The notes beneath the pieces are model-generated. The model had not been told where the DNA came from. It saw only the letters and a program-made list of their open reading frames with translations, and ran no database searches. Shown one piece after another: positions 1 through 11,481 of a stretch of DNA of 64,000 bases. The DNA is from Nitrospirota bacterium (GTDB lineage Bacteria > Nitrospirota > Nitrospiria > 2-01-FULL-66-17), in the NCBI GenBank assembly GCA_049325335.1, contig JBMOMC010000007.1, forward strand, positions 323,044 to 387,043, read 5' to 3'. Made by a program: the position numbers and the translations under genes. Numbering within the stretch: position 1 is the first letter of the stretch; every line of letters starts with the position of its first letter.

Positions 1-1413
1 TTGGGGGGGGGGGGGGGGGGCCTTTTCCCCCCCCCGCCCCGCCCTCCCGCACCGGACACCCTCACCGCATTGGATCAGACATACGTCTGGCACCCGTTCA
101 CCCAAATGCGGGAGTGGGTGGACGAGCCGCCGCTCATTGTTATCGAAGGCGACGGCGTGCGGCTGCGTGACGCCGAGGGCCGTTGGTACTTGGACGGCGT
201 CTCATCGCTCTGGGTCAATGTGTTCGGCCATCGGCGCCCGGAAGTCGATCGGGCCATCATCGACCAACTGAGCCGTGTCGCACACTCCACCCTGCTCGGC
301 TGTTCCTCCCCGCCCGCGATCCTCCTGGCCCAACGGTTGGTCGGCCTTGCGCCGCCGGGGCTGACCAAGGTGTTTTATTCGGACAACGGCTCCACCGCGG
401 TGGAAGTGGCACTCAAGATGGCGCTGCAATACTGGCAGCAGGCGTCGCCTCCGCGCCCCCGCAAGACCAAAATCCTGGCCTTTTCGTTGGCGTACCACGG
501 CGACACCGTGGGCGCGGTGAGCGTGGGCGGCATCGACGTGTTCCACGCGCGCTTCGCGCCGTATTTGTTTTCCACGCACAAGGTCCGGCCGCCCTATTGC
601 TATCGATGTCATTTGGACCTGACCTACCCCGCGTGTGAATTGGCCTGTCTCGGGGAGGTCGAACAGGTGTTCCGCGATCATCACGAGGAGATCGCCGCCC
701 TGATCGTGGAGCCGTCGATCTACGCCGCGGCCGGCATGATCACCATGCCGCCGGGATACCTTCGGCGACTACGCGAACTCTGCACGCGTTTTGACGTGTT
801 ACTGATCGCGGATGAAGTCGCCACCGGATTCGGACGCACCGGAACCCTATTCGCGTGCGAGCGCGACGGCGTGACGCCGGATCTCATGGCCGTGGCCAAA
901 GGGCTGACCGGCGGTTATCTGCCGCTCGCAGCCACGCTTACGACCCAAGCGATATACGACGCGTTCCTCGGCGAATACACGGACTTTCGGACGTTTTTCC
1001 ACGGACACAGCTACACCGGCAACGCCCTCGCCTGCGCCGCGGCTCTGGCCACGCTCGATATCTTCGTGCACGACCGGGTGATCGAAGGCCTCGCCGCCAA
1101 AATCGCGCACCTGCGCGCCGAGCTAGATTCATTGGCGCGACACCCGCGCGTCGGCGACATCCGCCAGTGCGGCCTCATGGTGGGCATCGAACTGGTCCGC
1201 GACCGAGCGACCACAACACGCTTTCCCGTGGCCGACCGGATCGGATGGAACGTCAGCCGAGAAGCCCGCGCCTTGGGCTTGCTTACCCGTCCGCTGGGCG
1301 ACGTGCTCGTGCTCGTCCCGCCGCTGGTCTCGACGAACGAGGAACTTTCCGAAATGGCGCGGATCCTTGGTCAAGCCGTTGAACGCGTGCTGGGGCCGAC
1401 GAGCCGTTCATAA
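1..1413 (+). CDS. bioA: Adenosylmethionine-8-amino-7-oxononanoate aminotransferase (5' end uncertain, low-complexity window edge)
   Basis: VWHPFTQM, DGVSSLWVN, SDNGSTAVEVALKMA, YHGDT, ADEVATGFGRTG and AKGLTGGYLP (PLP lysine) motifs. Confidence 0.95.
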   Translation: MGGGGGGLFPPPPRPPAPDTLTALDQTYVWHPFTQMREWVDEPPLIVIEGDGVRLRDAEGRWYLDGVSSLWVNVFGHRRPEVDRAIIDQLSRVAHSTLLGCSSPPAILLAQRLVGLAPPGLTKVFYSDNGSTAVEVALKMALQYWQQASPPRPRKTKILAFSLAYHGDTVGAVSVGGIDVFHARFAPYLFSTHKVRPPYCYRCHLDLTYPACELACLGEVEQVFRDHHEEIAALIVEPSIYAAAGMITMPPGYLRRLRELCTRFDVLLIADEVATGFGRTGTLFACERDGVTPDLMAVAKGLTGGYLPLAATLTTQAIYDAFLGEYTDFRTFFHGHSYTGNALACAAALATLDIFVHDRVIEGLAAKIAHLRAELDSLARHPRVGDIRQCGLMVGIELVRDRATTTRFPVADRIGWNVSREARALGLLTRPLGDVLVLVPPLVSTNEELSEMARILGQAVERVLGPTSRS

Positions 1414-1516
1414 CGGCTAACACCCAACGCGGTATGGGGCCCGGTGGGCATGTTGCAGCCGATTTATTCCGTGTCGTTGCTGATCGTCGCGTTCTGCGGG
1501 TGTCGAGGTCGCGTCG

Positions 1517-2197
1517 TCAGCCGAGCCGGTCGGCGATAAAGAGGGTGTGGGTGTCGCGTTTGGCGTGCGGGTAGGCCTTAGCTCCCACCGCGGTGGCGCG
1601 GAACCCGGCCTTGACGAGTCGCTTCACAAACGCGCGATCCGTGGACGCGGACCAGAACACCGCTCGTCCGCCCGCGCGCAGCGCGCGCGATAGCGCCGCG
1701 AATCCCTGTTCCGCGTACAGACGCGTGGTGGCCGGGTCGATGATCGAGGCCGGAGGGCCGTTGTCCACGTCGAGCAAGATCACGTCGTATTGCCCGACGC
1801 GCGCGCGCGCGAGCACGGTCAGGACATCGTCGATCACGATCGACACGCGCGGGTCGTCGAGCAAGTTCCCGTTGACCGATCCGAGATACGTTCGGTTCCA
1901 ATCCACCACCTCGGGCAACAACTCGGCGACATCGACTCGTGCGTCGGGACCCGCCAGTTCGAGGACGCGGCGCAGGGTGAACCCCAACCCAAGCCCGCCG
2001 ACCAGCACCCGCGACCCGCGACCCACGCCGAGCGTCTCGCAACCCAGTTCAGCCAGCCGCCGCTCCGAATTCACCGCCACCGTCCCCATGAGCTCTCGTC
2101 CCCCCACCCGCAGGGAGTACTGCCCGTCCCGCGTGCACAGAGACAGTCTGGACCCGCTCGGCAGGGTAGTCTCGGCCAAGATGACGGACGGCTTCAT
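1517..2197 (-). CDS. Spermidine-synthase-like SAM-dependent methyltransferase
   Basis: VLVGGLGLGFTL SAM motif, DVILLDVDNGP; start chosen at ATG 2197. Confidence 0.8.
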   Translation of the reverse strand: MKPSVILAETTLPSGSRLSLCTRDGQYSLRVGGRELMGTVAVNSERRLAELGCETLGVGRGSRVLVGGLGLGFTLRRVLELAGPDARVDVAELLPEVVDWNRTYLGSVNGNLLDDPRVSIVIDDVLTVLARARVGQYDVILLDVDNGPPASIIDPATTRLYAEQGFAALSRALRAGGRAVFWSASTDRAFVKRLVKAGFRATAVGAKAYPHAKRDTHTLFIADRLG

Positions 2198-2373
2198 GGG
2201 GCACATTGAGGAGAGGTGGCGAACAATTTGGGCTAAGCCGAAGCAGCCCGCTCCCGACAATACTCCATATCGACCGGTCCAGTATAAGACCGTCCGGCAT
2301 ACGGGTTCAATGCGCCCAGACGTTCGGGCGGTGATCGAGTCACGGAGCGGATTGGGAACGTTACGAACCGGTG

Positions 2374-3636
2374 TTACAGCGCAGCCGGCAGATCCCGGCG
2401 TTGCATGGGGCCCAGCACGGTGAGCGCCAGGGTGTCGGGAGCAAGACAGGTGTTGGCGATGCGGAGCAGGTCGTCGGACGTCACGGCGTCGATGCCGTGG
2501 ATGATTTCGGTCGTGGACACGTGGCGGCCGCCGTAGAGTTCGTCTTTGGCCAGGCGGCTCATGCGGCTGTAGGTGCCCTCCATGCCCAAGATCAAGCTCC
2601 CCTTGAGATGATCCTTGGCGTGCGCGAGTTCGTCCTTGGGCACGGGCCGCCTACGCAGCGACCGGCACTCTCGCAGACACAGGCTGATCACGCGTTGGGC
2701 CGCAGCCTTGCCCGCGGCGGCGTAGATGGTGAACAACCCGGCGTCTTGGTACGACGCGGTCGATGAATAGATCGAGTAGGCCAAGCCGCGCCGCTCCCGC
2801 ACTTCTTGAAACAACCGCGAACTCACGCTGCCGCCCAATACGGTGTTGAGCACGTGGAGCGAGAAGCGGTCCTTGTGGCCTTCGGGCAATCCCTGCGCGC
2901 CCAGACAGAGGTGGACCTGCTCCAGGGCCTTGCGCTTGAGGAACACACCGCCGCGCGTCGTGGGCGGGGTGCGTCGCGCGGGGCCGGTGCCGCCGCCGTC
3001 GAACCGAGAGAAAGTCTTGGCGATCAGGTTCTCGAACGCGCCGGGGTCGAAGCGGCCCGCCACGGAGATCACCGTGTTCTGCGGGCGATACTTTTGCGCA
3101 AGGAACTCGGTGAGACGCTTGCGCGTCATGGACTCGATCACCGGGATCTCGCCCAGGATCGGCCGTCCCAGCGGATGTTCGCGCCAGACCAAATCCGTGT
3201 GCAGGTCGTAGATGAACTCTTCAGGGTCGTCTTCGACCATTTTGATTTCTTCGAGCACCACCTGTTTCTCGCGCTCCAACTCCTGGCGCACGAAGGTCGA
3301 ATCCAGAAAGATTTCCCCGAGCAGGGCCACGGCGCGCGGCAAGTGTTCATCCAGCGCCTTGGTGTAGAACGCGGTGTTTTCGCGCGAAGTGAAGGCGTTG
3401 AGTTCTCCGCCCAGCACGTCGATCTCGCGCGCTAACGCGTGGGCCGTGCGTTTGCGCGTCCCTTTAAAGAACATGTGTTCGAGAAAATGTGAGAGGCCTT
3501 CTTCGCCCTGACCTTCGTCGCGCGAACCCACGTCCACCCACACGCCGACCGCGGCCGATCGCACCGAGCCCATGGGCTCCATCAGGACGCGGACGCCGTT
3601 ATCGAGGACGAACTTGTGGGGTCCGGACTTTTTCAT
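2374..3636 (-). CDS. M16 (pitrilysin) family zinc peptidase
   Basis: Inverted zinc motif HFLEH, LNAFTSRE, SSRLFQEVRERRGLAYS; typical position downstream of pnp. Confidence 0.92.
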   Translation of the reverse strand: MKKSGPHKFVLDNGVRVLMEPMGSVRSAAVGVWVDVGSRDEGQGEEGLSHFLEHMFFKGTRKRTAHALAREIDVLGGELNAFTSRENTAFYTKALDEHLPRAVALLGEIFLDSTFVRQELEREKQVVLEEIKMVEDDPEEFIYDLHTDLVWREHPLGRPILGEIPVIESMTRKRLTEFLAQKYRPQNTVISVAGRFDPGAFENLIAKTFSRFDGGGTGPARRTPPTTRGGVFLKRKALEQVHLCLGAQGLPEGHKDRFSLHVLNTVLGGSVSSRLFQEVRERRGLAYSIYSSTASYQDAGLFTIYAAAGKAAAQRVISLCLRECRSLRRRPVPKDELAHAKDHLKGSLILGMEGTYSRMSRLAKDELYGGRHVSTTEIIHGIDAVTSDDLLRIANTCLAPDTLALTVLGPMQRRDLPAAL

Positions 3637-3698
3637 CAACGTGGGAGGCCGATGTCCGATGAGGGCGGCCACGATAGGCCGCCCTCATCGGACTGGGA

Positions 3699-5810
3699 TT
3701 ACGGTTTGGTTTGTTCCGTGGTGGCGGCTGCGGCGCCCATGGCTTCTTTGCGCGACAAGCGGATCTTGCCCTGGCGGTCCACTTCCAAGACCTTGACCAG
3801 AATTTCCTCGCCTTCTTTGACCTCGTCGCTCACGTTTTTGACGCGGTGCGGCGCCAACTGCGAGATGTGCACGAGTCCGTCCACCCCGGGGCCGATCTCC
3901 ACGATCGCGCCGAAGTCCATGATGCGCGTGACCTTGCCCATGTAAAGCTTGCCGACTTCGACGTCCTCGGTGATCTGCTTGATCATCTCGATGGCCTTGG
4001 CCGCGGCGGCTTCGTCGGCCGACGCGATGGCGATGGAGCCGTCGTCTTCCACGTCGATCTTCACACCGGTCTTGGCGATGATCCCGCGGATGACTTTTCC
4101 GCCCGGTCCGATCACTTCGCGGACCTTGTCCGGCTTGATCTTGATGACCACGATACGTGGCGCGTGGGAGGACAATTTGCCGCGCGGCTCGGCGATGGCC
4201 TCGGCCATCTTATCCAGCATGTGAATCCGCCCGACCTTGGCCTGGGCCAACGCCTTCTCCAGAATCTCGCGGCTCAAACCCGCGATCTTGATGTCCATCT
4301 GCATCGCGGTCACGCCCTTGCGGGTGCCGGTGACCTTGAAATCCATGTCGCCGAGGTGATCTTCCACGCCGAGAATGTCCGAGAGGATTTCCACCCGATC
4401 GCCTTCCTTGATCAGACCCATGGCGATCCCGCCGACCGGCGCGGTGATCGGCACACCGGCGTCCATCAACGCGAGCGTGCCCCCGCACACCGTGGCCATG
4501 GAGGACGATCCGTTGGACTCGAGGATGTCCGAGACCAACCGCAACGTGTACGGAAACGCTTCCTTAGTCGGGATCACGGGTTTGAGCGCGCGCTCGGCCA
4601 ACGCGCCGTGCCCGATCTCCCGGCGTCCCGGTCCGCGAACCGGCCGCGCCTCGCCTACGGAAAACGGCGGGAAGTTGTAGTGCAGCATGAATGACTTGGT
4701 GGACTCGCCCTCCAGGGCGTCGATACGCTGCTCATCGGCCGACGTGCCCAACGTGGCCACCGACAGGCTCTGCGTCTCCCCGCGTGTAAACAACGCGGAG
4801 CCGTGCGTGCGGGGCAACACCCCGATCTCGCACGTAATCGCCCTGATATCCTTGGGTCCGCGGCCGTCCGCGCGCACGCCCTTATCCAGGATCTTCAGCC
4901 GCATCTCGCTGCGTTCCAGATCGTGGAAAATTTCCATGACCTGGCGATTCTTCTCCGGCGCGTCCGTGGAACCGTGCGACGCGATCAACCCGTCAAGAAT
5001 CTGCTGCATCCGGCCCGAGCGTTCGGTCTTGTTGGCGATCAACAAGGCTTCGCGCACCGGCCCGGCCGCGTCACGACGCACGGCGTCCACCAATGCGGCG
5101 TCCGGCCCGACTTTGGTCACTTCGATCTTGGGTTTGCCCACACGCCTGACCAGCTCATCCTGCAGCGCGATGATCTTCTTGATCTCGCTGTGCGCAAGCA
5201 TGATCGCTTCGAGCATGACGTCTTCGGGCAGTTCGTTCGCCTCGCCCTCGACCATCATCACCGCGTCGCGCGTGCCCGCCACCACCACGTTGAGCGTGCT
5301 CTTTTCCACCTCCGCGAACGAGGGCGCGACCACGAAATGGTTGTCCACGCGTCCGATGCGGATACCGGCCACCGGCCCCTGAAACGGCGCGGAGGAAATC
5401 GACAACGCCGCGGACGCCCCGATGATGCCGAGAAAATCCGCCGCATTGCTCTGGTCCGCGGACAAGACCGACGCGATGACCTGGGTCTCGTGGTAATACC
5501 GCTTCGGGAACAACGGCCGCAACGGACGGTCAATCAACCGGCCGGAGAGGATTTCCCGTTCGGCCGGACGGCCTTCGCGCTTGAAAAATCCGCCGGGGAT
5601 CTTGCCCGCGGCGTACGCCTTTTCCTGATAGTCCACGGTCAAGGGGAGAAAATCGATGCCGGGCTTGGGAGATTTGGCCGCCACCGCGGTGACCAGCACC
5701 ACGGTATCGGCCAATTGCATGAGCACGGCGCCGTCAGCCTGCCTAGCCACCCGGCCCTGCTCGATGATCAACCGGCGTCCGGCCAAATCCATTTCTAAAC
5801 GTTCAACCAT
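3699..5810 (-). CDS. pnp: Polyribonucleotide nucleotidyltransferase
   Basis: RNase PH domains (HGSALFTRGETQ, RREIGHG, ESNGSSSMA, DHLGDMDFK), KH and S1 domains. Confidence 0.99.
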   Translation of the reverse strand: MVERLEMDLAGRRLIIEQGRVARQADGAVLMQLADTVVLVTAVAAKSPKPGIDFLPLTVDYQEKAYAAGKIPGGFFKREGRPAEREILSGRLIDRPLRPLFPKRYYHETQVIASVLSADQSNAADFLGIIGASAALSISSAPFQGPVAGIRIGRVDNHFVVAPSFAEVEKSTLNVVVAGTRDAVMMVEGEANELPEDVMLEAIMLAHSEIKKIIALQDELVRRVGKPKIEVTKVGPDAALVDAVRRDAAGPVREALLIANKTERSGRMQQILDGLIASHGSTDAPEKNRQVMEIFHDLERSEMRLKILDKGVRADGRGPKDIRAITCEIGVLPRTHGSALFTRGETQSLSVATLGTSADEQRIDALEGESTKSFMLHYNFPPFSVGEARPVRGPGRREIGHGALAERALKPVIPTKEAFPYTLRLVSDILESNGSSSMATVCGGTLALMDAGVPITAPVGGIAMGLIKEGDRVEILSDILGVEDHLGDMDFKVTGTRKGVTAMQMDIKIAGLSREILEKALAQAKVGRIHMLDKMAEAIAEPRGKLSSHAPRIVVIKIKPDKVREVIGPGGKVIRGIIAKTGVKIDVEDDGSIAIASADEAAAAKAIEMIKQITEDVEVGKLYMGKVTRIMDFGAIVEIGPGVDGLVHISQLAPHRVKNVSDEVKEGEEILVKVLEVDRQGKIRLSRKEAMGAAAATTEQTKP

Positions 5811-5855
5811 ACTGTCTCCTTAGGCGCCCCATCATGGAGGCGCGGTGATGGAGCC

Positions 5856-5935
5856 CCGGACGAGTCACAGTCAATGACGTCTGCCGACCCCCGCTGTCGG
5901 CGATCGCCAAAAGTCATTCACTGTGTCTTGCCCGG
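5856..5935 (-). promoter_or_regulatory. Long imperfect stem in the pnp leader (candidate RNase III processing site)
   Basis: Arms 5856-5878 and 5913-5935 are complementary with internal mismatches; lies between rpsO and pnp as in characterised pnp leaders. Confidence 0.6.
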
Positions 5936-5990
5936 AACCCGAATGCCGCGGGGGCGTCAGAGCCCCCGCCGACGCCGCCCCAGCGGGGCG

Positions 5991-6257
5991 TTAGCGCCGG
6001 ATTTCCAGTTGCTGGATCAACTTCTGATAGCTGGCCGTGTCGGTCCGCTTCAGGTAGTCCAACAGCTTGCGTCGTTGGCTGACCATCATGATCAACCCGC
6101 GCCGCGAATGATGATCCTTGGCGTGCGTCTTGAAGTGATCGCTCAGTTCCGTGATCCGCTTGCTGAGGATCGCCACCTGGACTTCCGGCGAGCCGGTGTC
6201 CTTGGTGTGGCGCTGAAACGTATTGATCACGCCCTGCTTGACCGTCTTTTCCAACAT
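5991..6257 (-). CDS. rpsO: 30S ribosomal protein S15
   Basis: [21 protein letters not shown]. Confidence 0.99.
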   Translation of the reverse strand: MLEKTVKQGVINTFQRHTKDTGSPEVQVAILSKRITELSDHFKTHAKDHHSRRGLIMMVSQRRKLLDYLKRTDTASYQKLIQQLEIRR

Positions 6258-6295
6258 GGTGCGTCTCCTTGCCTTTCCGTTCTACCGTGTGTCCG

Positions 6296-7258
6296 TTACA
6301 GCGAGCGGTCGCGTCCGCCCGCCACCTTCGATGCGCCTTCGCGCAACACCCGATCCACTCTGATCACCGCCGTACTTGCGCGCGACGTGAGTTGCGCGTG
6401 ATCGACCGGCGCCGTGCCCAATGCCACGGTGGTTCCGCTGGCGCGGATACGCACAAGCCCGCCCGCGCGGCACGCGCCCGTCCAGCGCGCCACCCGCGAC
6501 GCGGGCAACGGCACGCCGTGGCACACCCGATCCGCGGTCGCGGCATCCACGTCCGCGGCCGGCACATCGACCAATGCGTCGTCGATCGACAACACGCGTT
6601 CGCCGATGGTCCCACCATGGACCGCGGCTTCCGCCTCCGCCAGCGTGAGCGCGCGGTCGATCCCGAACGCGCCCACCCGCCGACGCTCCAATGCCTGCAT
6701 GTACGCGCCCGCGCCCAGTTGTTCGCCCGCGTCCGCGCACAACGTGCGAATATACGTGCCCTTGGAACACGTCACGTCGAACGTGACCTCGTCCTCCGCG
6801 ATGCCCAGCACGTCCAACCGCGCGATGGTCACGGTGCGGGGCTTTCGCTCCACCACGCGCCCCTCGCGCGCCGCCTTGTACAAGGGCTCCCCGTCCACCT
6901 TGACCGCGGAATACATCGGCGGAATCTGGGTCTGGGTCCCGACCATGCCGTTCAACACACGGAGGATCTCGTTGGACGACGGCCGTGCGTCCGAGCGCGT
7001 GAGCACCCGGCCGGTGCCGTCCTGCGTGTCGGTCGTAGCGCCCAACCGCATCACCACCCGATAGTCCTTGTCCGTCTCCAGCAGGTAATTCGCCACCTTG
7101 GTCGCCCGGCCGATACAGATCGGCAACACCCCGGTCGCCATGGGATCGAGCGTGCCGGTGTGCCCCACCCGCGTCTCGCGCAGCAGACCGCGCAGCTTGG
7201 CCACGACGTCGTGCGACGTCCAGTCGGGGGGCTTATTCATGATCAGAAATCCGTCCAT
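6296..7258 (-). CDS. truB: tRNA pseudouridine(55) synthase
   Basis: [24 protein letters not shown]. Confidence 0.98.
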   Translation of the reverse strand: MDGFLIMNKPPDWTSHDVVAKLRGLLRETRVGHTGTLDPMATGVLPICIGRATKVANYLLETDKDYRVVMRLGATTDTQDGTGRVLTRSDARPSSNEILRVLNGMVGTQTQIPPMYSAVKVDGEPLYKAAREGRVVERKPRTVTIARLDVLGIAEDEVTFDVTCSKGTYIRTLCADAGEQLGAGAYMQALERRRVGAFGIDRALTLAEAEAAVHGGTIGERVLSIDDALVDVPAADVDAATADRVCHGVPLPASRVARWTGACRAGGLVRIRASGTTVALGTAPVDHAQLTSRASTAVIRVDRVLREGASKVAGGRDRSL

Positions 7259-7293
7259 CTCGCGTGTATCCTGGATCCCGTTCCTGAACAGTC

Positions 7294-8304
7294 TTAGGGA
7301 GCCTCCCTCGCTGTCGCCTCCGCGACGGCAGCAATCACCTTGGACTTCACATTGGCGATGTCGCCTTGCACCGTGGCGCCCGCCGCGTTGCGGTGGCCGC
7401 CGCCGCCGAACTGCTCGGCCACGTTGGCGACGTTCACTCGTCCTTGCGACCGCAGGCTCACCTTACATTGCGTCGGCGTCACTTCCCGGAACAGGGCCGC
7501 GACCTCGACACCTCGGAGCGAGCGCGGGTAGTTGACCATCTCATCGGTATCCTCGGCCGTCGTGCCCGTGGCGCGGAAGATGGCTTGCGTGACCGTGACC
7601 CACGCGATCTTGCCGGATGGGTGTCGCTCCATCCCGCTCAACAATTCTCCGAGCAATTTGAGTCGGCCCGTCGAGTTGCGATCGTACAACGCTTGCGAGA
7701 CCTGCGCCGGCTCCACCCCGCGGTCCAGGAGATCCGCCGCCATCCTGAGGGTCGCCGGCTTGGTGTTGGAATACCGGAATGACCCGGTCTCGGTCAACAA
7801 CGTGGTGTAGAGGCACAAGGCGATCTCGCGCGAGATCGGAAGCCCCCACGCCTGAATGAGCTCGTACACCATGCTTCCCGAGGCCGTGGCGTCGGGCACG
7901 ATCCAATTCAATCCGCCGAACCCTCGGTTAGTGATGTGGTGATCGATGTTGACCACGAGTTTCACCGGCGGGGGCGCGGCCTCGAACATCCCGGTGCGCG
8001 CCAGGTCCCCGCAGTCCACCACCGCCAACACGTCGTAGCCCTGCGGCAGCGTGTTGTGCCGCTGCACCACGCCCTGATACGGCAGGAAATCCAGAAAACC
8101 CGGAACGGGATCCTTGATCACCACGTCCGCGGTCTTGCCCGCGGATCGCAGCGCGAGCGCCAACGCGATCGCCGAACCCAGGGCGTCGCCCTCCGGGCTG
8201 ACGTGCGTGGACACGCTGAAGGTCCGGTAGCCCTTGAGCGCCTCCACCACGGCGCCCGCGTCAAGCGCGGCCGTTGTCGTCATTCTGGTCGCCTCCCGAT
8301 TCAT
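7294..8304 (-). CDS. nrnA: DHH/DHHA1 phosphoesterase (NrnA-like); start may be ATG 8283
   Basis: [20 protein letters not shown]; position after rbfA. Confidence 0.85.
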   Translation of the reverse strand: MNREATRMTTTAALDAGAVVEALKGYRTFSVSTHVSPEGDALGSAIALALALRSAGKTADVVIKDPVPGFLDFLPYQGVVQRHNTLPQGYDVLAVVDCGDLARTGMFEAAPPPVKLVVNIDHHITNRGFGGLNWIVPDATASGSMVYELIQAWGLPISREIALCLYTTLLTETGSFRYSNTKPATLRMAADLLDRGVEPAQVSQALYDRNSTGRLKLLGELLSGMERHPSGKIAWVTVTQAIFRATGTTAEDTDEMVNYPRSLRGVEVAALFREVTPTQCKVSLRSQGRVNVANVAEQFGGGGHRNAAGATVQGDIANVKSKVIAAVAEATAREAP

Positions 8305-8656
8305 GGCGTTCGTCGCTCAATTCATCCAGCACGGCTTCCAAGTGCGCCGCACGACTCGGCGTCATGTCGTGTTTGAACGTCAATTCCGGCGTGTATTTGA
8401 GCCGCATCCGCCGTCCCACCTCCGCGCGGACGAACCCGGAAGCGCGCTCCAGCGCGGCCAGCGTCTCCGCGGCGGCCGCCCCCTCGTCCAACATCGTCAC
8501 GAACACCGTGGCGTGCCGAAGATCCGGGCTGACCTTCACGCCGGTCACCGTGACGAACCCGATGCGCGGGTCCTTGACCTTGCGCAGCAACACGTCCGCG
8601 ATCTCACCCCGCATGAGATCGCCCACGCGATCCGTCCGCCGAAACCCTTCAGGCAT
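8261..8656 (-). CDS. rbfA: Ribosome-binding factor A
   Basis: KDPRIGFVTVTGVKVSPDL, LKYTPELTF. Confidence 0.97.
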   Translation of the reverse strand: MPEGFRRTDRVGDLMRGEIADVLLRKVKDPRIGFVTVTGVKVSPDLRHATVFVTMLDEGAAAAETLAALERASGFVRAEVGRRMRLKYTPELTFKHDMTPSRAAHLEAVLDELSDERHESGGDQNDDNGRA

Positions 8657-8684
8657 GGTTGCCTCGCGCTCTCCGCCGCCATCC

Positions 8685-8966
8685 CTACACGAACTCCAGT
8701 TCGGACCGCACGATCTCCACGCCGTCTTCCCGCTCGACCATGCGCAAGAGTTGGTCCAACACGCCGTTCACGTACGCGCGATCCGTGCCCACACACGCCG
8801 CCGCCAACATCGCCCGCTGCCACACGTCTTGGTCGCCCACTTCCGCGATCGACAGGTTGAAGTCCTTCCGAATCCGATCCTTCAAACTTTTGAGCACGTA
8901 GCGCTTCTCTTTCAACGAGTGCCGGTCCGGTAGGTGCAACTCGAACCGACAGACTCCGATCACCAT
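8685..8966 (-). CDS. DUF503 (YlxP-like) protein
   Basis: SLKEKR, FNLSIAEVGDQDVWQ; between infB and rbfA. Confidence 0.92.
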   Translation of the reverse strand: MVIGVCRFELHLPDRHSLKEKRYVLKSLKDRIRKDFNLSIAEVGDQDVWQRAMLAAACVGTDRAYVNGVLDQLLRMVEREDGVEIVRSELEFV

Positions 8967-9000
8967 GTTGGCGAGTTCACCGGCTCACCGGCGTACGCTG

Positions 9001-11481
9001 TTAGAGCTTCGCCGCCACCTTCTCGATCGCGAAGACCTCGAGGATGTCGCCCACCTTGATGTCGTTGAAATTCTCCACCCCGATTCCGCACTCGTACCCG
9101 GTCTGCACCTCGCGCACGTCGTCCTTGAACCGACGCAGCGAGCCCAGTTTGCCCTGGTAGACGACCACCCCATCGCGGATCACGCGCACGCCCGCGCTCG
9201 CCCGGCTGATCACGCCCTGCGACACGTACGAACCCGCGATCGCGCCCGCGCGCGGCACCATAAACACCTGGCGCACTTCGGCGCGGCCCATCACCTGCTC
9301 CTTGAGCGTGGGCGCGAGCAGGCCTTCCATCGCGGCGCGCACGTTGTCCACCGCTTCGTAGATGATGCGGTACGTGCGGATGTCCACCTTCTCGCGTTCG
9401 GCCACGCCCTGCGCCTTGTTGTCGGGCCGCACGTTGAACCCGATAATCACGGCATCGGACGCGGCCGCCAGCAACACGTCGCTCTCGGTGATGCCGCCAA
9501 TGCCCTCGTGCAACACGCGCAACCGCACCTGGTCGGTGGAAAGTTTTTCCAATGAGTGGCGCAAGGCTTCGGCCGATCCTTGCGCATCGGCCTTGAGCAC
9601 GATGAGCAGTTCTTTCGCCGCACCCTCGGCCATCTTGCCGTACAGATCCTCCAGCGTCATCTTGCGCGGCGCCGCGGCCCCGCCCACTCCCGAGGCGCGG
9701 GCTTTGCCCAGTCGAGTCTCGACGATGTCCTTGGCCGTGCGGTCGTCCTTGACGACCTGGAACAAGTCTCCGGCCGACGGCATGCCCTCCAGCCCGATGA
9801 GTTCCACCGGCGTGGACGGTTCGGCCTTGTTCACGCGGCCGCCCATGTCGTCGAGCAATGCGCGAACCTTACCGGATTGCGCGCCGGTGACGAACAAGTC
9901 GCCGACCCGCAACGTGCCGTCCTGCACCAGCACCGTGGCCACCGGACCCCGGCCCTTGTCCAATCGGGCTTCGATGATCGCGCCCACCGCGGGTTTGTTG
10001 GGATTGGCATTCAACTCCAACACGTCGGCCTGCAACAGAATCATTTCCAGCAACGCATCGAGCCCGGTCTTTTTCTTGGCCGACACCTCGACGAAAATCG
10101 TGGTCCCGCCCCACGCTTCGGAAATGAGCCCGTGCTCGGACAACTGATTCTTCACGCGGTCGGGCTGGGCTTCGGGCTTGTCCATTTTATTGAGCGCCAC
10201 GATGATCGGCGTGTCGCCGGCCTTGGCGTGGTTGATCGCCTCCACGGTCTGCGGCATGACGCCGTCGTCCGCCGCCACGACCAGCACCACCAGATCCGTC
10301 ACCTTGGCGCCGCGTGCGCGCAGGCTGGTGAACGCTTCGTGGCCCGGAGTGTCCAGGAACGTGACCGACTTGCCGTGCACCGAGACGGTATAGGCGCCGA
10401 TATGCTGCGTGATCCCGCCCGCCTCCTGCTCGGTCACCTTGGTCGAACGAATGGCGTCGAGCAAGGAGGTCTTGCCGTGGTCCACGTGGCCCATGATGGT
10501 GACCACCGGCGGCCGGGGCGCGCGCATCCCGGGTTCATCCGGCGTGGTTTCGATCATCTCTTCTTCGGTGCGCTCGGCCACGCCCTCGGCCTTGACCCCG
10601 AAGTGCTCCGCGACCAACACCGCGGCGTCAAGATCCACGGTCTGGTTGATCGTGGCCGCCGTGCCCATCGCCATCAACTGCCCGATCACTTGCACCGCCT
10701 TCACGCCCAATAGATCCGCGAGATCCTTCACCGTCAACCCCGGGTGAAGCTTGACCGATTTTTTACGCGGCTTGGTGGCCTCGACGCTCGGACCGCCCTG
10801 GTGCGCGCGCCGCAACTGCGCCCGGAGGCGCTCGTCGCGACGGTGCAGGGGTTTAAAGTCCTGCCAGACCAACGCGTCTTGCTGGAGTGGAACGGCCGCG
10901 ACTTCCTCTTCCTTGTCACGTTTGGCGCCCTTTTTCACGCCTTTCTTGAGCCGCTCTCGTTCCTTTTCCTTCTCGCGCTCTTTGAGCGCGGTCTCGGTCG
11001 AAACCGGCCCGCGCGGCGGGGCGCCGGGAGCCGTTGACGGAGGGGCCGCCGGACGAATCGGTTCCGGCATCGGAGGCTGCGGCACCACAACCGGCGCGTG
11101 CGGACGAAACACCTCCGGCGTCGGACGCGGCGCGGGAGTCGGGGGGGAAGGCGGCGACGCGATCTCTGGAAGAGGCAGCGCACCCGGCGCGTCAACCACC
11201 GGCGGCGCGGGCACCTCGGCCTGGATGCGTTTTTTGATCAGCACCTGGCCTCGGCGCGGCGCGGCGGGTTCGGGCGCGGCCTCTTTTTTGGCCCCGTATT
11301 TTTTCATCAGGGCCTCGACCGCGTCTTCCTCCAACACACTCATGTGATTTTTGAGCGGGGTGCCCTGCTTGGCGAGGTCCGCGAGAAGCTCCTTGCTCGT
11401 CTTGCCGAGTTGCTTCGCCAGCTCAAACACTCTCATCGCCGAATCCCTTTGCTCCGTCGTCGCCGTCACGCCGCCGCTCAC
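9001..11481 (-). CDS. infB: Translation initiation factor IF-2
   Basis: [29 protein letters not shown]; Pro-rich N-terminal linker. Confidence 0.99.
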   Translation of the reverse strand: MSGGVTATTEQRDSAMRVFELAKQLGKTSKELLADLAKQGTPLKNHMSVLEEDAVEALMKKYGAKKEAAPEPAAPRRGQVLIKKRIQAEVPAPPVVDAPGALPLPEIASPPSPPTPAPRPTPEVFRPHAPVVVPQPPMPEPIRPAAPPSTAPGAPPRGPVSTETALKEREKEKERERLKKGVKKGAKRDKEEEVAAVPLQQDALVWQDFKPLHRRDERLRAQLRRAHQGGPSVEATKPRKKSVKLHPGLTVKDLADLLGVKAVQVIGQLMAMGTAATINQTVDLDAAVLVAEHFGVKAEGVAERTEEEMIETTPDEPGMRAPRPPVVTIMGHVDHGKTSLLDAIRSTKVTEQEAGGITQHIGAYTVSVHGKSVTFLDTPGHEAFTSLRARGAKVTDLVVLVVAADDGVMPQTVEAINHAKAGDTPIIVALNKMDKPEAQPDRVKNQLSEHGLISEAWGGTTIFVEVSAKKKTGLDALLEMILLQADVLELNANPNKPAVGAIIEARLDKGRGPVATVLVQDGTLRVGDLFVTGAQSGKVRALLDDMGGRVNKAEPSTPVELIGLEGMPSAGDLFQVVKDDRTAKDIVETRLGKARASGVGGAAAPRKMTLEDLYGKMAEGAAKELLIVLKADAQGSAEALRHSLEKLSTDQVRLRVLHEGIGGITESDVLLAAASDAVIIGFNVRPDNKAQGVAEREKVDIRTYRIIYEAVDNVRAAMEGLLAPTLKEQVMGRAEVRQVFMVPRAGAIAGSYVSQGVISRASAGVRVIRDGVVVYQGKLGSLRRFKDDVREVQTGYECGIGVENFNDIKVGDILEVFAIEKVAAKL

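Noticed and set aside
1..50. G18 run and C-rich tract at the start of bioA
   Set aside because: At the window edge and typical of low-quality or poly-G sequencing artefact; not treated as a phase-variation tract.
1450..1539. 29-aa ORF with a signal-peptide-like stretch (MLQPIYSVSLLIVAFCGC)
   Set aside because: Very short, no clear RBS, overlaps a convergent gene end; at most a remnant.
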